The translations under genes and the position numbers were made by a program. A stretch of 64,000 nt of DNA from Octopus sinensis (taxonomy: Eukaryota). Under the pieces are notes generated by a model. It did not search any database and had not been told where the DNA came from. It saw nothing but the letters and a program-made list of their open reading frames with translations. The first letter of the stretch is position 1. The number at the start of each line of letters is the position of its first letter. Of this stretch, positions 12,660 through 25,418 are shown piece after piece. The stretch lies in the NCBI RefSeq assembly GCF_006345805.1, contig NC_043002.1, forward strand, positions 108,438,001-108,502,000, written 5' to 3'.

Positions 12660-12980
12660 AAGAAGGGGTAGAGATCTGAAGAAATGGGTAGGGATCTGAA
12701 GAAATGGGTAGGGGTCTGAAGAAATGGGTAGGGGTCTGAAGAAAGGGATAGGGGTTTGAAGTAAGGGGCAGGGGTTTAAAGTAAGGGGTAGGGGTGTGAA
12801 GAAAGGGGTAGCGGGGGTTTAGAGAGAGGGGCAGGGGTTTAAAGTAAGGGGTACGGGGTCTGAAGAAAAGGGTGGAGATTTAAAGAAAGGCATAGGAGTC
12901 TGAAGAAAGGGTAGGGATTTAAAGAAAGGGGCAAGGGGTCTAACGTAAGGGACAGGGGTATAAAGAAAAGGGTAGGGATA
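12660..12980. repeat. Degenerate minisatellite, about 20-bp unit (GAAGAAATGGGTAGGGGTCT)
   Basis: Direct inspection. Roughly 15-16 diverging units. Confidence 0.85.
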
Positions 12981-13430
12981 ATCTTCAAATGTTATGTGAT
13001 AAACAGTTGAAGTATTTCCCTCCACATTGCGAAATTAAATCATAAGATATCTTGACACATTTGTTGAGATGAAGATTTCCAGTGGTATATATGACACACT
13101 CTTTACAAAAAATGTCTCGAAAATCATGCAAGGTCCTATATGTCAAGTTGAGACTCCCGTAAAACCCTTTTTTGTTCTTGGATGTGCACTTTTGAAATTG
13201 GAATGCATCTAATACACTCATGCATGTTTTATGCCATCAAATATGCTAGTTTAGTTTTGAAAATAGATTGAGAAACAACTCTTTAAAATCAAATCTTCTC
13301 TGGAATGAATAAATATATGTGTGAGTAACATCCCAAAATTAATCTAATCAAAATAATAATAATAATAATAATAATAATAATTATTATTATAATTATTATT
13401 ATTATATTATTATTATTATTATTATTATTA

Positions 13431-13682
13431 TCTTTTTTTCTTCTTCTTTCAAATTTGCTTCCATTTCTTGCCGAGTGTCTTCCCGACTCCTAGGGCAAAG
13501 AAACTCATAGTATACATTGGTAGGCCATTAAACTAAACTCATTAGTTCGTTCATTTAAAAAAATTTTTTTTTTTTAAGTTAAATTAAAATACATGGGTAG
13601 TAATAGTTCTCACATCGACAATGTTCTTCTCAATACGTGTGATGTACCAGTTAGGACAATCTTTTGCACTCCTTGCAGGGAT
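13431..13682 (-). mobile_element. Dong/R4-type element 3' end
   Basis: Minus translation SLQGVQKIVLTGTSHVLRRTLSM*, then 3' UTR and a (TAA)n tail. Confidence 0.7.
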
Positions 13683-13721
13683 ATTATTATTATTATTATC
13701 ATCATCATCATTATTATTATA

Positions 13722-14150
13722 GAAGTCACACAGTATACAATATCGTGAGGTTGTTGATTGAAGATATTGTGTCAACCGGGGGTTTGTACTGTCTGTCAAG
13801 TCACAACAAGGACCTCAGACAGACAGTACTTTACACAATATGTGTGCAGTTCCAAGTAATGCCAACTTTTGCAATATATTTAGATTGTTGGGTATTTCGA
13901 AAGTTTTCAGATGTTTTTTTTCAGATCAGGTAGTATTGAACCTAATGTTCCAATGACAACCTTTATGTTTGACTCTCGTAGCTGCCACATCTTAGCGATC
14001 TCAATTCTCAGGTCTCCACATTTATCAACCTTTTCTCTTTCTTTCATGATGATATGTTGCTCTCGTGGCACTGCCACGTCAATTATTAGGCACTCTTGTT
14101 TGTCCCTCATAAAGGTTATTATGTCCGGCATTCAATGCTCTAAAACCTTG
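13722..14150 (-). mobile_element. Dong/R4-type element fragment, restriction-like endonuclease domain
   Basis: ORF 13907-14131 PDIITFMRDKQECLIIDVAVPREQHIIMKEREKVDKCGDL..VVIGTLG has the PD..D..EK..K pattern. It continues after a frame break as LQKLALLGTAHILCKVLSV*. Confidence 0.85.
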
Positions 14151-14169
14151 TAGGTATCATTATTAATTT

Positions 14170-14375
14170 TACTTCTTTCAATTTTGTTTCCATTTCTTAC
14201 CAAGTGTCTTCTCAATGCCTAGGGCAAAGAAACTCACTGTATACATTGATAGGCTATTAAAATAAACATAAAAAATTAAGATATATGGGTGGTCATTGTT
14301 CTGATATTGACAATGCTCATCTCAATATGTGTGACGTACAAGTCAAAACAATTGTTTGCACTTCCTGCATGGATC

Positions 14376-14376
<1 letters not shown>
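14170..14376 (-). mobile_element. Dong/R4-type element 3' end, diverged sister of 13431-13682
   Basis: SMQEVQTIVLTCTSHILR*ALSI and the same UTR (ctagggcaaagaaactc). Confidence 0.7.
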
Positions 14377-14408
<32 letters not shown>

Positions 14409-14469
14409 TATTATTATTATTATTATTATTATGAGGAGAAGAAGAAAAAGAAGAAGATGATGATGATGA

Positions 14470-14842
14470 CCAGATATGATTATAGGGGACAAAATAAGCA
14501 AACAGTGTGAGTTCATAGATTTTACAATTCCCTGTGGTAGCAGAGTCAATAGCAAAGAAATTGGAAAAACTGAGAAATATCAGGGCCTAATAAGAGAACT
14601 GTGGAGACTGTGGAAGACCAAGACACCAATTATTCTTGTGGTAATTGGCGCACTTGGCACAACACTCGAAATGCTACCTAAGAGACTGAAAGAGATTGGA
14701 ACTGAGGCGTATATTGATGACCTGCAAGAATGTACCATTCTATATTCTGCAAGAATCCTTAGAAAGATTCTTGTGATTTGAGGAGACTCATTACCAAACC
14801 TCAGGATAAAATACCTGCCAACTAAATTAGCATGCGCTAGCA
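14470..14842 (+). mobile_element. Dong/R4-type element fragment, restriction-like endonuclease domain
   Basis: ORF 14476-14781 KQCEFIDFTIPCGSRVNSKEIGKTEKYQGLIRELWRLWK..VVIGALGT..ILYSARILRKIL. Confidence 0.85.
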
Positions 14843-15057
14843 AAATGATAATGATGATGATGATGATAATAGTAATGATTATAGAGACTGCCATGGCTTT
14901 TGATCTTAACTGATTGGAAGTGTTATCATGTACATTGTTTTGTCTTGGTGTAAAAGATGGGCTACAGCAAATATTCTGCTCAATACCACAGATTTGCTTG
15001 TCAGTTGTTTGACCTTAACCAGTTGAGCATGTCCCTTAGTGGCTGACGATATGTGCA

Positions 15058-15073
15058 ATTCGAGGCAGTGACC

Positions 15074-15112
<39 letters not shown>

Positions 15113-15335
15113 TAATAATAATAACAACAACAACAACAACAACATCAAAAAATACCTTACGAATGAGAACCCAGGTTCAAAATTTCCCCAAGACACTTGA
15201 TGAAGGCTGGAGGGTATATCAGCCGAAACATTGTGTTAACAACAAACAAGATGAGGAGAAATATCCGTCAAATATAAATAATGTAAATAGTATAAATAAT
15301 GTACCTAATTCCTCATCTCTTAGATATAGAACTGT
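15058..15335 (+). mobile_element. Hammerhead-bearing SINE, head truncated
   Basis: GACAC TTGATGA A GGCTG..CAGCC GAAAC ATT GTGTT at 15192-15237 (C3 and G16.2 mutated), followed by the shared tail. Confidence 0.8.
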
Positions 15336-16958
15336 AGCTGATGTACCCAGTAATTCCTGGGGGTAAAGATATTCTATTGAAGTGCCTTATTACTCTGATA
15401 TAAGAAAGCAATTTCATTATAACTGCCACAAAATGTGTATTTTCCATCATGAAAAAGTACAATAACTGTCAGCTGGAGGAGGGAGAGATTGTTGGAGGTT
15501 GACGAGGGAGGTTTTTGGAGGTTGGTAAAAAAGATTGTTGGAGGTTGGTTAGAGAGGTCATCAGAAGTTTTCTAGAGAGGTTGTCGGAGGTTGGTGAGAG
15601 AGGTTGTAGTTCACAGAAAAACTATTGTTTTACTGTGAGAAAAGCGCTGTTGAAGTGTTATGTGAAATTTGGTAATCGAGGATTGAATCCACTACAAATA
15701 CGTTGTGGAAAAAAATTTATCTATTGTCATGGAGAAATTGTAACTGTAAAAATGCAGAATTATTGGAGCAATGGGCATTCAAAAAAGTATGTATGTATGT
15801 ATAGAAATGTATGAATGAAGAGATTAAAATCAAGGAAGTGCAATAATAATGTTTAGCAGATCAAAACTGTGAGTAAGGAAATGCAGAATTAGGTTGGCTG
15901 ATAGTGAGAATCAAATATTGATCACTTCGCTAAAAACTGCAGGTGGTATGGGTTATTTCCCTTAGGTTATTTAAATAAAATATTAGTAATATGTAGTAGA
16001 TAGGTGGATCCATTGGATCGGCCCTATCATTGATTTTTTTTCAACAATCTAAGTATGTCACGAGGTTTCCAGACATGAGTTCTACTCACATGTCAAATAA
16101 AGTAAAAAAGTAATATTGTCTAGAAAAATTAGAAATTGGACACACAAAAATCAATATTCAAAGTAATCGAACATAAGCAATGAAATGGTTATTTCTCTTG
16201 AGCGTTTAAAAAAATATTGTGCGGGTGGTGTGGGTTATTTTCCTTGGGTGTTTAAAAAAAATTAGTAATATGAGGTAGATATAAAGGTCCCTTACAGGGG
16301 CTGTATTATCAATTTTTTCAACAATCTAAGTTTGTCACGAGGTTTGCAAACATGAGTTCTACTCGCATGTCAAGTTTCATCAAAATCAATAAAACGATGT
16401 AGGAGGAGTTAGCTAACAACACCACAAACAAACACACACCGATTTTCCACACATGTGTAGTAGATAAATGTGTTTTCCATTCAATGCTCATGTGTGTATG
16501 GTGTGGTAAAATCAAGAAAGGATTATTATTAATACTAGCAGAAAACTGCTGAGAAGCGTTGTTTCTGTGTGCATTTTTAATGAAAACAATTGAGTTGATA
16601 CAGTTGAGAGAGAAAGAAAGCATTACAAGGAAAGAAACTGAAAGTAACAGAGTAGGTGAGAGAAAAACAAAAAGAATTAAATGAAATAATAATGGAGAAG
16701 TCATAAGGATAGAGAAAAACAAAGACTAGTAGGAAAAGAAGCAGTGAACAAAGAAAAAATGGAAAGAGAGAGAGAAGGGAGTAAGACATTAAAAAACACT
16801 ATCACACAGTGTAAGATTTTTAAAATGTTATCTTGAAGTGAACTGAAATTGGGACCCACAGTTTGAAAAGCCCTGCTCTAGCCCAACAAGTGTCAGGTTC
16901 ATAGATCATCCCAGTCCAGTCATCTCTTTTAAGGGTTAAAAATCTTTAAAGCCCTTAC

Positions 16959-17037
16959 CTTCATCTTCCTGTTTTGTATTGTAATTAATCCATTCGCGGT
17001 TGTTACTTTCAGAATCCTCAATCAATTTCGAAAGAAC
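16959..17037 (-). CDS. Probable internal coding exon of an unidentified gene
   Basis: Strong acceptor ttttcttatttgtcAG and donor AAG|GTAAGG in unique sequence. 79 nt, open in phase 0: VLSKLIEDSESNNREWINYNTKQEDE(G). Confidence 0.55.
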
Positions 17038-17929
17038 CTGACAAATAAGAAAATCACGTTTGAGATTTGAGGGAAATCAATGCAAAAAGATGTAATTCAT
17101 TCAGTAAAATAAAAGGTGAATGGCAGAAGGAAGGCTACATCAGGTGACATAGCCCTAGATGCATATACTTGAAAAACAAACAAGACAGAATGCTCACTGT
17201 TGTAATATCTTTATTATAGGTTCAGTCAATCAGGGCCACTATGAGGTTAAGCAACAGCAACAACAACAACACACAAGCAATTGTATTCACTCTTTGTTTC
17301 ATTGTGGGGTCATTGATATTCTATAGGAAAGTTTTAGCAACTAAATTACAGTCATCCCATGACTATCACAGGTGTTACATTCCAAAGCCCCCCCCCACGA
17401 TAGGTGAAAATCCAAGAAGTAGAAACAGTACTGTACTTTTTTCCTTTTATCCTTTTATTTGTTTCAGTCATTTGACTGTGGCCATGCTGGAGCACCACCT
17501 TTTTAGTCAAACAAATCGACCCAGGACTTATTCTTTGTAAGCCTAGTACTTATTCTATGGTCTCTTTTGCCAAACCACTAAGTGATGGGGGACATAAAGA
17601 CACCAACATTGGTTGTCGAGTGATGGTGAGGGGGACAAACACAGACACAAATAAACACACACATACATATGTATACATATATATATATATACAATGAGCT
17701 TCTTTCAGCTTCCATCTATGAAATCCACTCACAAAGCTTTGGTCAGCCCGAGGCTATAGTAGAAGATACTTGCCCAAGGTGCCATGCAGTGGGACTGAAC
17801 CTGGAACCATGTGGTTGGGAAGCAAGTATATACAGTATATTTTTTTATTATTTTTATAATTTATATATATTTATTTCATTATAAATGCAAAACAAAACCA
17901 TGGAGGAATTGACATAAGCTTAAATAATA

Positions 17930-18183
17930 AACCGTGATAGGTGAACTGTGATAGGTGAACCAGGATAGGTGAACTGTGATAGGTGAACTGTGATAGGTGA
18001 ACTGTGATAGATGAACTGTGATAGGTGAACCGTGATAGATGAACCAGGATAGGTGAACTGTGATAGGTGAACTGTGATAGGTGAACTGTGATAGGTGAAC
18101 TGTGATAGGTGAACCGTGATAGATGAACTGTGATAGGTGAACCAGGATAGGTGAACTGTGATAGGTGAACTGCGATAGGTGAC
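17930..18183. repeat. 14-bp minisatellite (GTGATAGGTGAACT)n
   Basis: About 18 units with recurring variants gtgatagatgaac and aggataggtgaact. Confidence 0.95.
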
Positions 18184-19404
18184 CCACGATATCGTGAGGG
18201 ATTACTATACAGTTGCACAGGTGGCAACAGAAAAGTCTCCCATCTTTTATACAGCTGTTGGTGTGGTGCTGGTTGAGTTACACATGTGGAAATGGAGTCT
18301 TCATGTAGTTTGTGTTTTATGGGTTTGTTGTTTATTTCTCATTACAATTCGAACTGGTGCACATTGTGTTCACTGTTGTAATGTTTACCAAGAATAGTGA
18401 ACCTAGGAGGTATTTCGTTGCACCCTGTGGTAACAAACGAATTTCATTCCATCAGCAAAATTTGGAGGGATGAAGTGTAAGAGTTTAATTGAGGGGCGGT
18501 GTTGTAAATCTATTTTCTCTAGCAGCAGTGATGGGATTGGCATTTTTTGTTTTCTACAACAGGAAATATTTACTGATGCTGATAATCTCGGTCACTATAG
18601 GTCAACAATGCAGTTTGACCAATTAAAAATAACAACCAAAGCTCCCTCAAATCATGACCTACTATCTTGTAAAAAAAAAGGCAAATACATTGGATAATGT
18701 ACTCCTTGATACATTATGCCTGAATAGCAAAATAGTGATGGAATTTTTTTGTTTGTTTTTATTTGTCTCAGTCATTTGACTGCGGCCATGCTGGAGCACC
18801 ACCTTTAGTCAAACAAATCGAACCCAGGACTTATTTTTTGTAAGCCTACTACTTATTGTATTGGTCTCTTTTGCCAAACCGCTAAGTTACGGGGATGTAA
18901 ACACACCACCATCGGTTCTCAAGCGATGGTGGTGGGGGACAAACACAGACACACAAACACACACACATATATATATAAGACAGGCTTATTTCAGTTTCCG
19001 TCTACCAAATCCACTCACAAAGCTTTGGTCAGCCCAAGGCTACAGCAGAAGACACTTGCCCAAAGTGCCATGCAGTGGGACTGAACCTGGAACCATATGG
19101 TTGGCAAGAAAGCTACTTACCACACAGCCACACCTGCACCTATGGTCATCTCTAGAACATTTTCCTTCCTAAGTCTGCTGAATCATAGCTGGGCTAGGTA
19201 CAAACAACAACATCAGCAACATCACGTGTGTTTAGAGTGAATCGCTTGCCAAATACACACAAAATATGGAAAAAAAATATCAAGAAAAGTTCTAGATTTC
19301 AAATAATTTGTTAAAAACTGATTTGTAATTGTTTCCTCGCACCAGATTATAAAGAATATTTCATGATGTTTACATTAGCACAATGTCTGAGGTGACACAT
19401 ATTC

Positions 19405-19840
19405 TTTTCTTCTCTAGGCACAAGGCCCGAAATTTTGGGGGAGGGGGCCAGTTGATTGGATCGACCCCATTACACAACTGGTATTTAATTTATTGATGCT
19501 GAAAGGATGAAAGGCAAAGTCGACCTCGGAGGAATTTGAACTCAGAACGTAACGGCAGACAAAATACCGCTAGGCATTTTGTCTGGTGTGCTGACATTTC
19601 TTATTTCTTTACTACCCACAAGGGGCTAAACACAGAAGGAACAAACAAGGACAGACAAAGGGACTAAGTCGATTACATCGACCCCCAGAGCATAACTGGT
19701 ACTTAATTTATCGACCCTGAAAGGATGAAAGGCAAAGTCAACCTCAGCGGAATTTGAACTCAGAATGTAAAGAGAGATGAAATACCGCTAAGCATTTTGT
19801 CCGGCATGCTAACATTTCTGCCAGCTTGCCACCACCTTTG
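19405..19840 (-). mobile_element. tRNA-derived SINE family C, composite copy
   Basis: Central motif gcctttcatcctttc..gggtcgataaattaagtaccag on the minus strand. Other copies near 30290-30520, 32112-32298(+), 35885-36095, 37064-37290, 55777-56006(+). Confidence 0.85.
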
Positions 19841-19927
19841 AGGTGACACATATTATAAATGTTAATCATTTATTTGATATTTTTTTTTTTTTGCAATGTT
19901 TCAAAACTGATATCCTATAGCTTTTAA

Positions 19928-20154
19928 CCCTTTCGTTACTGTATTTATTTTGAGATGCTCTGTGTTTCTTTCAATTACTTTAAATATAACAAAGAATTTA
20001 GTAAAATAACTTAGTTATCATTAAGCTAATGTTAGGAACATAAATTGTGACTAAGGTTTGGTGGAAGATTTTAATTAAAAACTTATGAAAACAAGACATT
20101 TGTACTACAGAGCTAGAGTCGGTTTCAGCCGGGTTAGTAACGCTGTGCAAAGGG
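19928..20154. mobile_element. piggyBac-like MITE (227 bp)
   Basis: TTAA|CCCTTTCGTTACT ... AGTAACG(ctgtgc)AAAGGG|TTAA. Confidence 0.7.
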
Positions 20155-21007
20155 TTAAAGTAGCGCTGTGCAAAGAATATGCATTGGAATTCAGGTAAAG
20201 ACTAGAAATTAATCAAAGATTATATAAGAAGATACACAGCAATTCAGCAAGAAACCCTCAGGTTCCCTACTGAAATATGAGCATCATCTGAATTCCAAAA
20301 CAAAATAAAATACAAATTAGAACCAATTATAATGGTAGGGTTAGGGTTAGGGCAGTCTGACATTTTTTTCCACAGATACAAGATTAGATTTTATTACATA
20401 TAATTGCCTAATTGATGGATTAGATTACTTTAGCAATTACCTTTCAATATACAGTTATGTAAAGCTCCAGACATAATGTCTGCAAGGCTAACACACCAAA
20501 CTATTTGACCAAATATTTGTGAATTAAAAGCCTTATTTCACCCATTATGTTATGTCACTGGGCAAAGTTTAACCTTCTTAGCTGTACACCTTGTGTTCTA
20601 TACGACTCATCTTAATGGAATTATCTCTATCCCTTGTGTTTTTACATTTTAAAGACCCCATTTCTTTACTGTTTGAATAATTTTAAGTGATGTTCTTCAG
20701 CTCACTTATATTACATAAGTGAAATCTTACCATATTCGCATTTCAGTAATGTTCCTTTGAGTTATTTTCTCTTCACCGTATTGTTGGTATAGAGTTTCTT
20801 CACAATGAAAGGGTTAGTAGAAGAATAGAGCTAACTGTGAAAACAGTTTGCTCCAAAAGTATGCCCATGTTCAAAGCACAGACACAATTGGCTATTCATT
20901 CTGCAGTAAGGCCCCAGGCTGGTATTTGAACCACAGCTCTCACATTTTTCCTGTCTTGAGCCACAAACTAATGTATCTCTATAAAAAGAAAAGGTGTTAA
21001 CACCTAC

Positions 21008-21112
21008 CTGAATATGATTCAGCCAATCAGCATTAGCTGACTTGTTATGGCTGAGGTAGCAAAACTTCAAAGGAAGTGTATGAGTTTCCTTGTCACAGTT
21101 TGGCTGAAGATT
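21008..21112 (-). CDS. Probable internal coding exon of an unidentified gene
   Basis: Acceptor ttacttctAG, donor CAG|GTAGGT. 105 nt, the only open frame is NLQPNCDKETHTLPLKFCYLSHNKSANADWLNHIQ. Phase-0 exit matches the phase-0 entry of 16959-17037. Confidence 0.45.
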
Positions 21113-21591
21113 CTAGAAGTAACTTACAGCTATAAAAGCTGGAAAATTCAACCTCAGGCTAGAGTCATTATGCCATCAAGTGGGGGAGTCTATGTCACTT
21201 GTCTCAGCAAGTTGTCCTCTCTTCTCCCTATTTCATTTATGTAACATGCTTATAATATACTCAACAAAAGACACCAATCTTGTCATATTGAATAACAAAT
21301 ATTAATTATATGCAATGTTTTAATTTCATCACACTACCTTCATTACATTACCCAGTAAGTGATATACTCTTTTACTCTTTTACTCTTTTACTCTTTTACT
21401 TGTTTCAGTCATTTGACTGCGGCCATGCTGGAGCACCGCCTTTAATCGAGCAACTCGACCCCGGGACTTATTCTTTGTAAGCCCAGTACTTATTCTATCG
21501 GTCTCTTTTGCCGAACCGCTAAGTTACAGGGACGCAAACACACCAGCATCGGTTGTCAAGCAATGCTAGGGGGACAAACATACACACACAT

Positions 21592-21624
<33 letters not shown>

Positions 21625-23194
21625 CATACATATATACGACAGGCTTCTTTCAGTTTCCGTCTACCAAATCCACTCACAAGGCTTTGGTCGGCCCGAGGCT
21701 ATAGTAGAAGACACTTGCCCAAGGTGCCACGCAGTGGGACTGAACCCGGAACCATGTGGTTGGTTAGCAAGCTACTTACCACACAGCCACTCCTGCGCCA
21801 TACATATACAGAAGATTCCTAATTGTTATATTCATTGAACATTAATCCGTTAATGTAATGGATGTACATTTGTAAATATGATGATGTAGGTTAATGAAAT
21901 ATGTGAAAACTCAATCAAAGTTTAGTGTGGTCATAGTTTCCATTTGCCACCACCTTCCTCTCATTGTGAACTTCCAGCAAAGAGTACATGACAAACCACA
22001 CAGGAAACCCCCTTGAAAATAAGTGGTTTCATTATCTAGGTGAGATACCAGTAATTATCTATTTCAATTCTGGCCAAAGATGACTTTATCTGTCACTTCT
22101 TCATAATCAATGAAATAGGGACTTGCTATATACTGTGGTTGATTAAATCAGTTGCAAAAATATTAAAAATCATTCCCATAATTTCAGAGTTGATAAAATA
22201 CCTACTGGTGATATGAGGTTTCTGAATCCCTGGATGACGTATCAATTCAAATAGCTCCCAGAACTTTATTGAGGCATTTTTTCAGACTACATCACCATCA
22301 CCACCACCAACAACAACAATGGTTTCTAATTTATGCACAAAGGTGGCAGTTTTGAGGGGACTAGTATTAGTATTGTAGCCCACTTCATTGATAGGGATGA
22401 TCCTTAGTCTTGTAAACTGTATGGTAACCTCACTGGTGCTGGTGCCACATAAAAAGCAACCACTACACTCTGTAAAGTGGTTGGCATTAGGAAGGGCATC
22501 CAGCTGTAGAAACCAAGTTAAAACAGACATTGGATCATATCTAAACCTGCTGCTGATGTTGATGGTGGTGGTGGTGGTGGTGATATACTATGGGCTTACA
22601 CTCAGTTTCCCTCTACTAAATTCACTCACAAGCTTTTGGTTGGCCTGGGGAGCAGACTTGCCCAAGGTGCAGCATAGGGGGACTGAACTGCAAAACCATG
22701 TAATTGTGAAGTGAACTTCATTGCATCCAAGACAGTAATATGTAATTTGAGAAATTTAGCTGGTATTTCTAGCAAGTCAAGCAATTTTATGAAGGCTTCC
22801 TCATTGTAGGTGTTTAGGGATTTAGCCCTGATCCTCACAGACCACTTATCAAAGACAATCCATCCGTGACCATCCTACTTTTTCTACACCAAACATACTT
22901 AGGATGACTCTAGGCAGTGTACCTTCTCTTTTTAAATGACAGTAGGCTGTGTTATAAGGGAGATGTGACTGTTATTTCTGGTTGTGGAGGCTCCTTCTTT
23001 GAGCATCAATAACGACAGAAGGAAAAGAGAATATTTAGAGAATTTATTTATCGATTTCAGGAAAACTAAAATCAATATTTGATGAATGTTTAGAGTTTGT
23101 TTTGTATTTTTTAAATCAACTGAGAAAAAACTTATTTACTTTCGAAAGGGAAAAGAATTTGGAGAGAAAGACTTTAATAGTTTAAGGTAACACA

Positions 23195-23270
23195 AAGGCT
23201 GCTGCTGTTGGTGGTGTTGTTGTTATTGATAGTGGTGGTGGTGGCAGTGGTGGTGATGGTTGTGCTGCTG

Positions 23271-23302
<32 letters not shown>

Positions 23303-23450
23303 GTTGTTGTTGGTGGTGGTGGTTGGTGGTGGTGGTGGTGGTGGTGGTGGTGGTGGTGGTGGTGGTGGTGTAGTAACGGTGGTGGCAGTGGTGATGGCAG
23401 AGACAGTAGCAATAATGATGGTGGTGGTGGTGGCGGTGGTGGTGGTTGTG
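23195..23450. repeat. Compound (GGT/GTT)n repeat
   Basis: Direct inspection. Confidence 0.95.
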
Positions 23451-23798
23451 CAATAAGGACACAGGTAAAAATTTAAAATGTAAAGAAAAGTAAGCAAAAC
23501 TTACCTGGAAGTTTGTGTGATTACACACACACACACACAGACAAACAACTATTGTGCTGAGATTTTTGGGGTGGTATTTTTATATTTTTAGAAATATTTA
23601 TTGTGTTGTTGTTGTTGTTGTTGTGTTGTTGTTGTTGTGACTGTTGTTGTTGTTGTTGCAATCATTGCTGTTTGTTTTTTTGTTTTTTTATTTAAATTTT
23701 CATATTTCCAAATGTGTGTTGCTCTCAGTTTTGTGAAGATAAAACATCCACAGTTGTTTGTGTTAGTTCACCGCATTGTGAGAAAGTTGTTGGGAAAT

Positions 23799-23829
23799 AT
23801 TGGGCGGCGTTGGGTGGGCGGGTGGAGGG
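23799..23829. promoter_or_regulatory. Possible promoter-like GC-box cluster
   Basis: ATTGG overlapping GGGCGG (23802) and a second GGGCGG (23816) in otherwise AT-rich unique DNA. Motif match only. Confidence 0.25.
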
Positions 23830-24809
23830 ATTAAGCTATGGGGAAGGATAGAGATTATGTGGACTGGAAAAAGAACAACACAGCCTTAACCCTGAAAATA
23901 CACCTGAGACATAATAACAATGAAAATAGCAACGATTATGGTGGTGGTTGTTGTTGTTGTTTGAGTGAGCTTTGCTATTTGTATGTAATTTATTGATCAA
24001 GAGAAGGAGGAGGAGACATAGCAAAAGGAATGGTTGACAACAAGTGTCAGTATGTAATGAATAGCAAAAAAAAAAAAAAAAATTCTTTAAGTGTATTCAA
24101 GCAGAAAAAATGTTTTGGGAGAGGAGAAAGAAATAGAAGAAAGAAAAATAAGGGGACAAAAGGAAAATATATAAAAAAATAAAATAGAAAAAAAAGATTA
24201 TTAATTCAATGTTAAATATGTGACCCCCTAAAACAGTTTTAGCTTTTAAGGGCTTGAATTGAAGGAGATGCTTGTGTGAATAAGCCAATTGGTAAAACTT
24301 GATTAGTATGATGATGGATTAGTTAATCATACTAGTTAATTGGTTAGGTCGAACTACCCCAGATTAATTGGTTGCTTTGTGATGCAGAGGGGTTTCTAGA
24401 AAGTAATCTGACCTACCAGCTAGTGTAACCAGTCAGCTTTGCTATGACCTAATCTTTGTTGTTTGTTTGGTTTGTCCTGTCAAGGCAGGTAGTTGGTCGG
24501 CTGTGTGCAGATGGAAGCTAATAGAACAACAGGAAACCTCCAACCAATGGTTGGACAGTGTAATGGCAAAGGGAGTGAGGGACTAGATTAAAAACAATGT
24601 TGCCTTCAAAATGCCAATGCATAATGGTGAAGCGTGGGTACACCTTTTCCTTTCCTATACAAATAGGTTTAAGAATGTGTGTGTGTGTGTGTGTAACAAT
24701 GTATGTATACATGCATGTAAATATGTAGGAAGGAGAGAAAGACAGATTTGCACACACACACTCATATATACAACTTACCTTCTTTCAGTATACAAATGCA
24801 TGTTGTGTA

Positions 24810-24843
<34 letters not shown>

Positions 24844-25289
24844 TATATATAAGGTATAAGTTAGAGGTGTTAAGCCGTCTAAGGTATAGAAGTATCCAGA
24901 GGCACTCCTGGTAATTACCCTGTAAGTATGGTCCTTGGTATAAGGTATCTGGCAGCAGGTAATTTAAAAAGGTTTAATGAACTTTAAGACTTTTGAATCA
25001 TTGAACATTTTCTTTTCTGATTCTTCCCTCTTAACTTTGCTCTATTCTCCTCTTTTTCTATCTCTTGCCTATTTCATCCTGATGACGTCTACCATTTGCA
25101 ACGAGGTAAATACATATTTACCTGAAAATGGTAAACAAAAACAGCTGTAAACTCACTCTTACCTTCACCTTGCTTAACTAATTAAATAATGGCTTTTTAG
25201 CACCAAAGATACACTTCTATTTTTTTTTGTTTTCCCTCCATTTTCTTATCATCTATATATATGCACATGTGTGTGTGTGTGTGTGTGTA

Positions 25290-25418
25290 TGAAACAAGGT
25301 GGAAAAAATAGTACTCAGATACCAGAGGTAGAGTAATGTGCTTTATTAATAAAGCTGCAAAGACATCACAAAAACTATTTCTCAGAGTTTCATGTTCTTT
25401 GCAGCTTTATTAATAAAG
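25290..25418 (-). mobile_element. Fold-back element (PLE-like) with 23-bp arms and a conserved tail
   Basis: Arms 25341-25363 and 25396-25418. Tail gaaacaaggtggaaaaaatagtactcagataccagaggtagagtaat is the reverse complement of the tail at 28376-28446. Confidence 0.65.

Noticed and set aside
20334-20351. GGTAGGGTTAGGGTTAGGG as an interstitial telomere
   Set aside because: Only two perfect TTAGGG units, which is too short to support the call.
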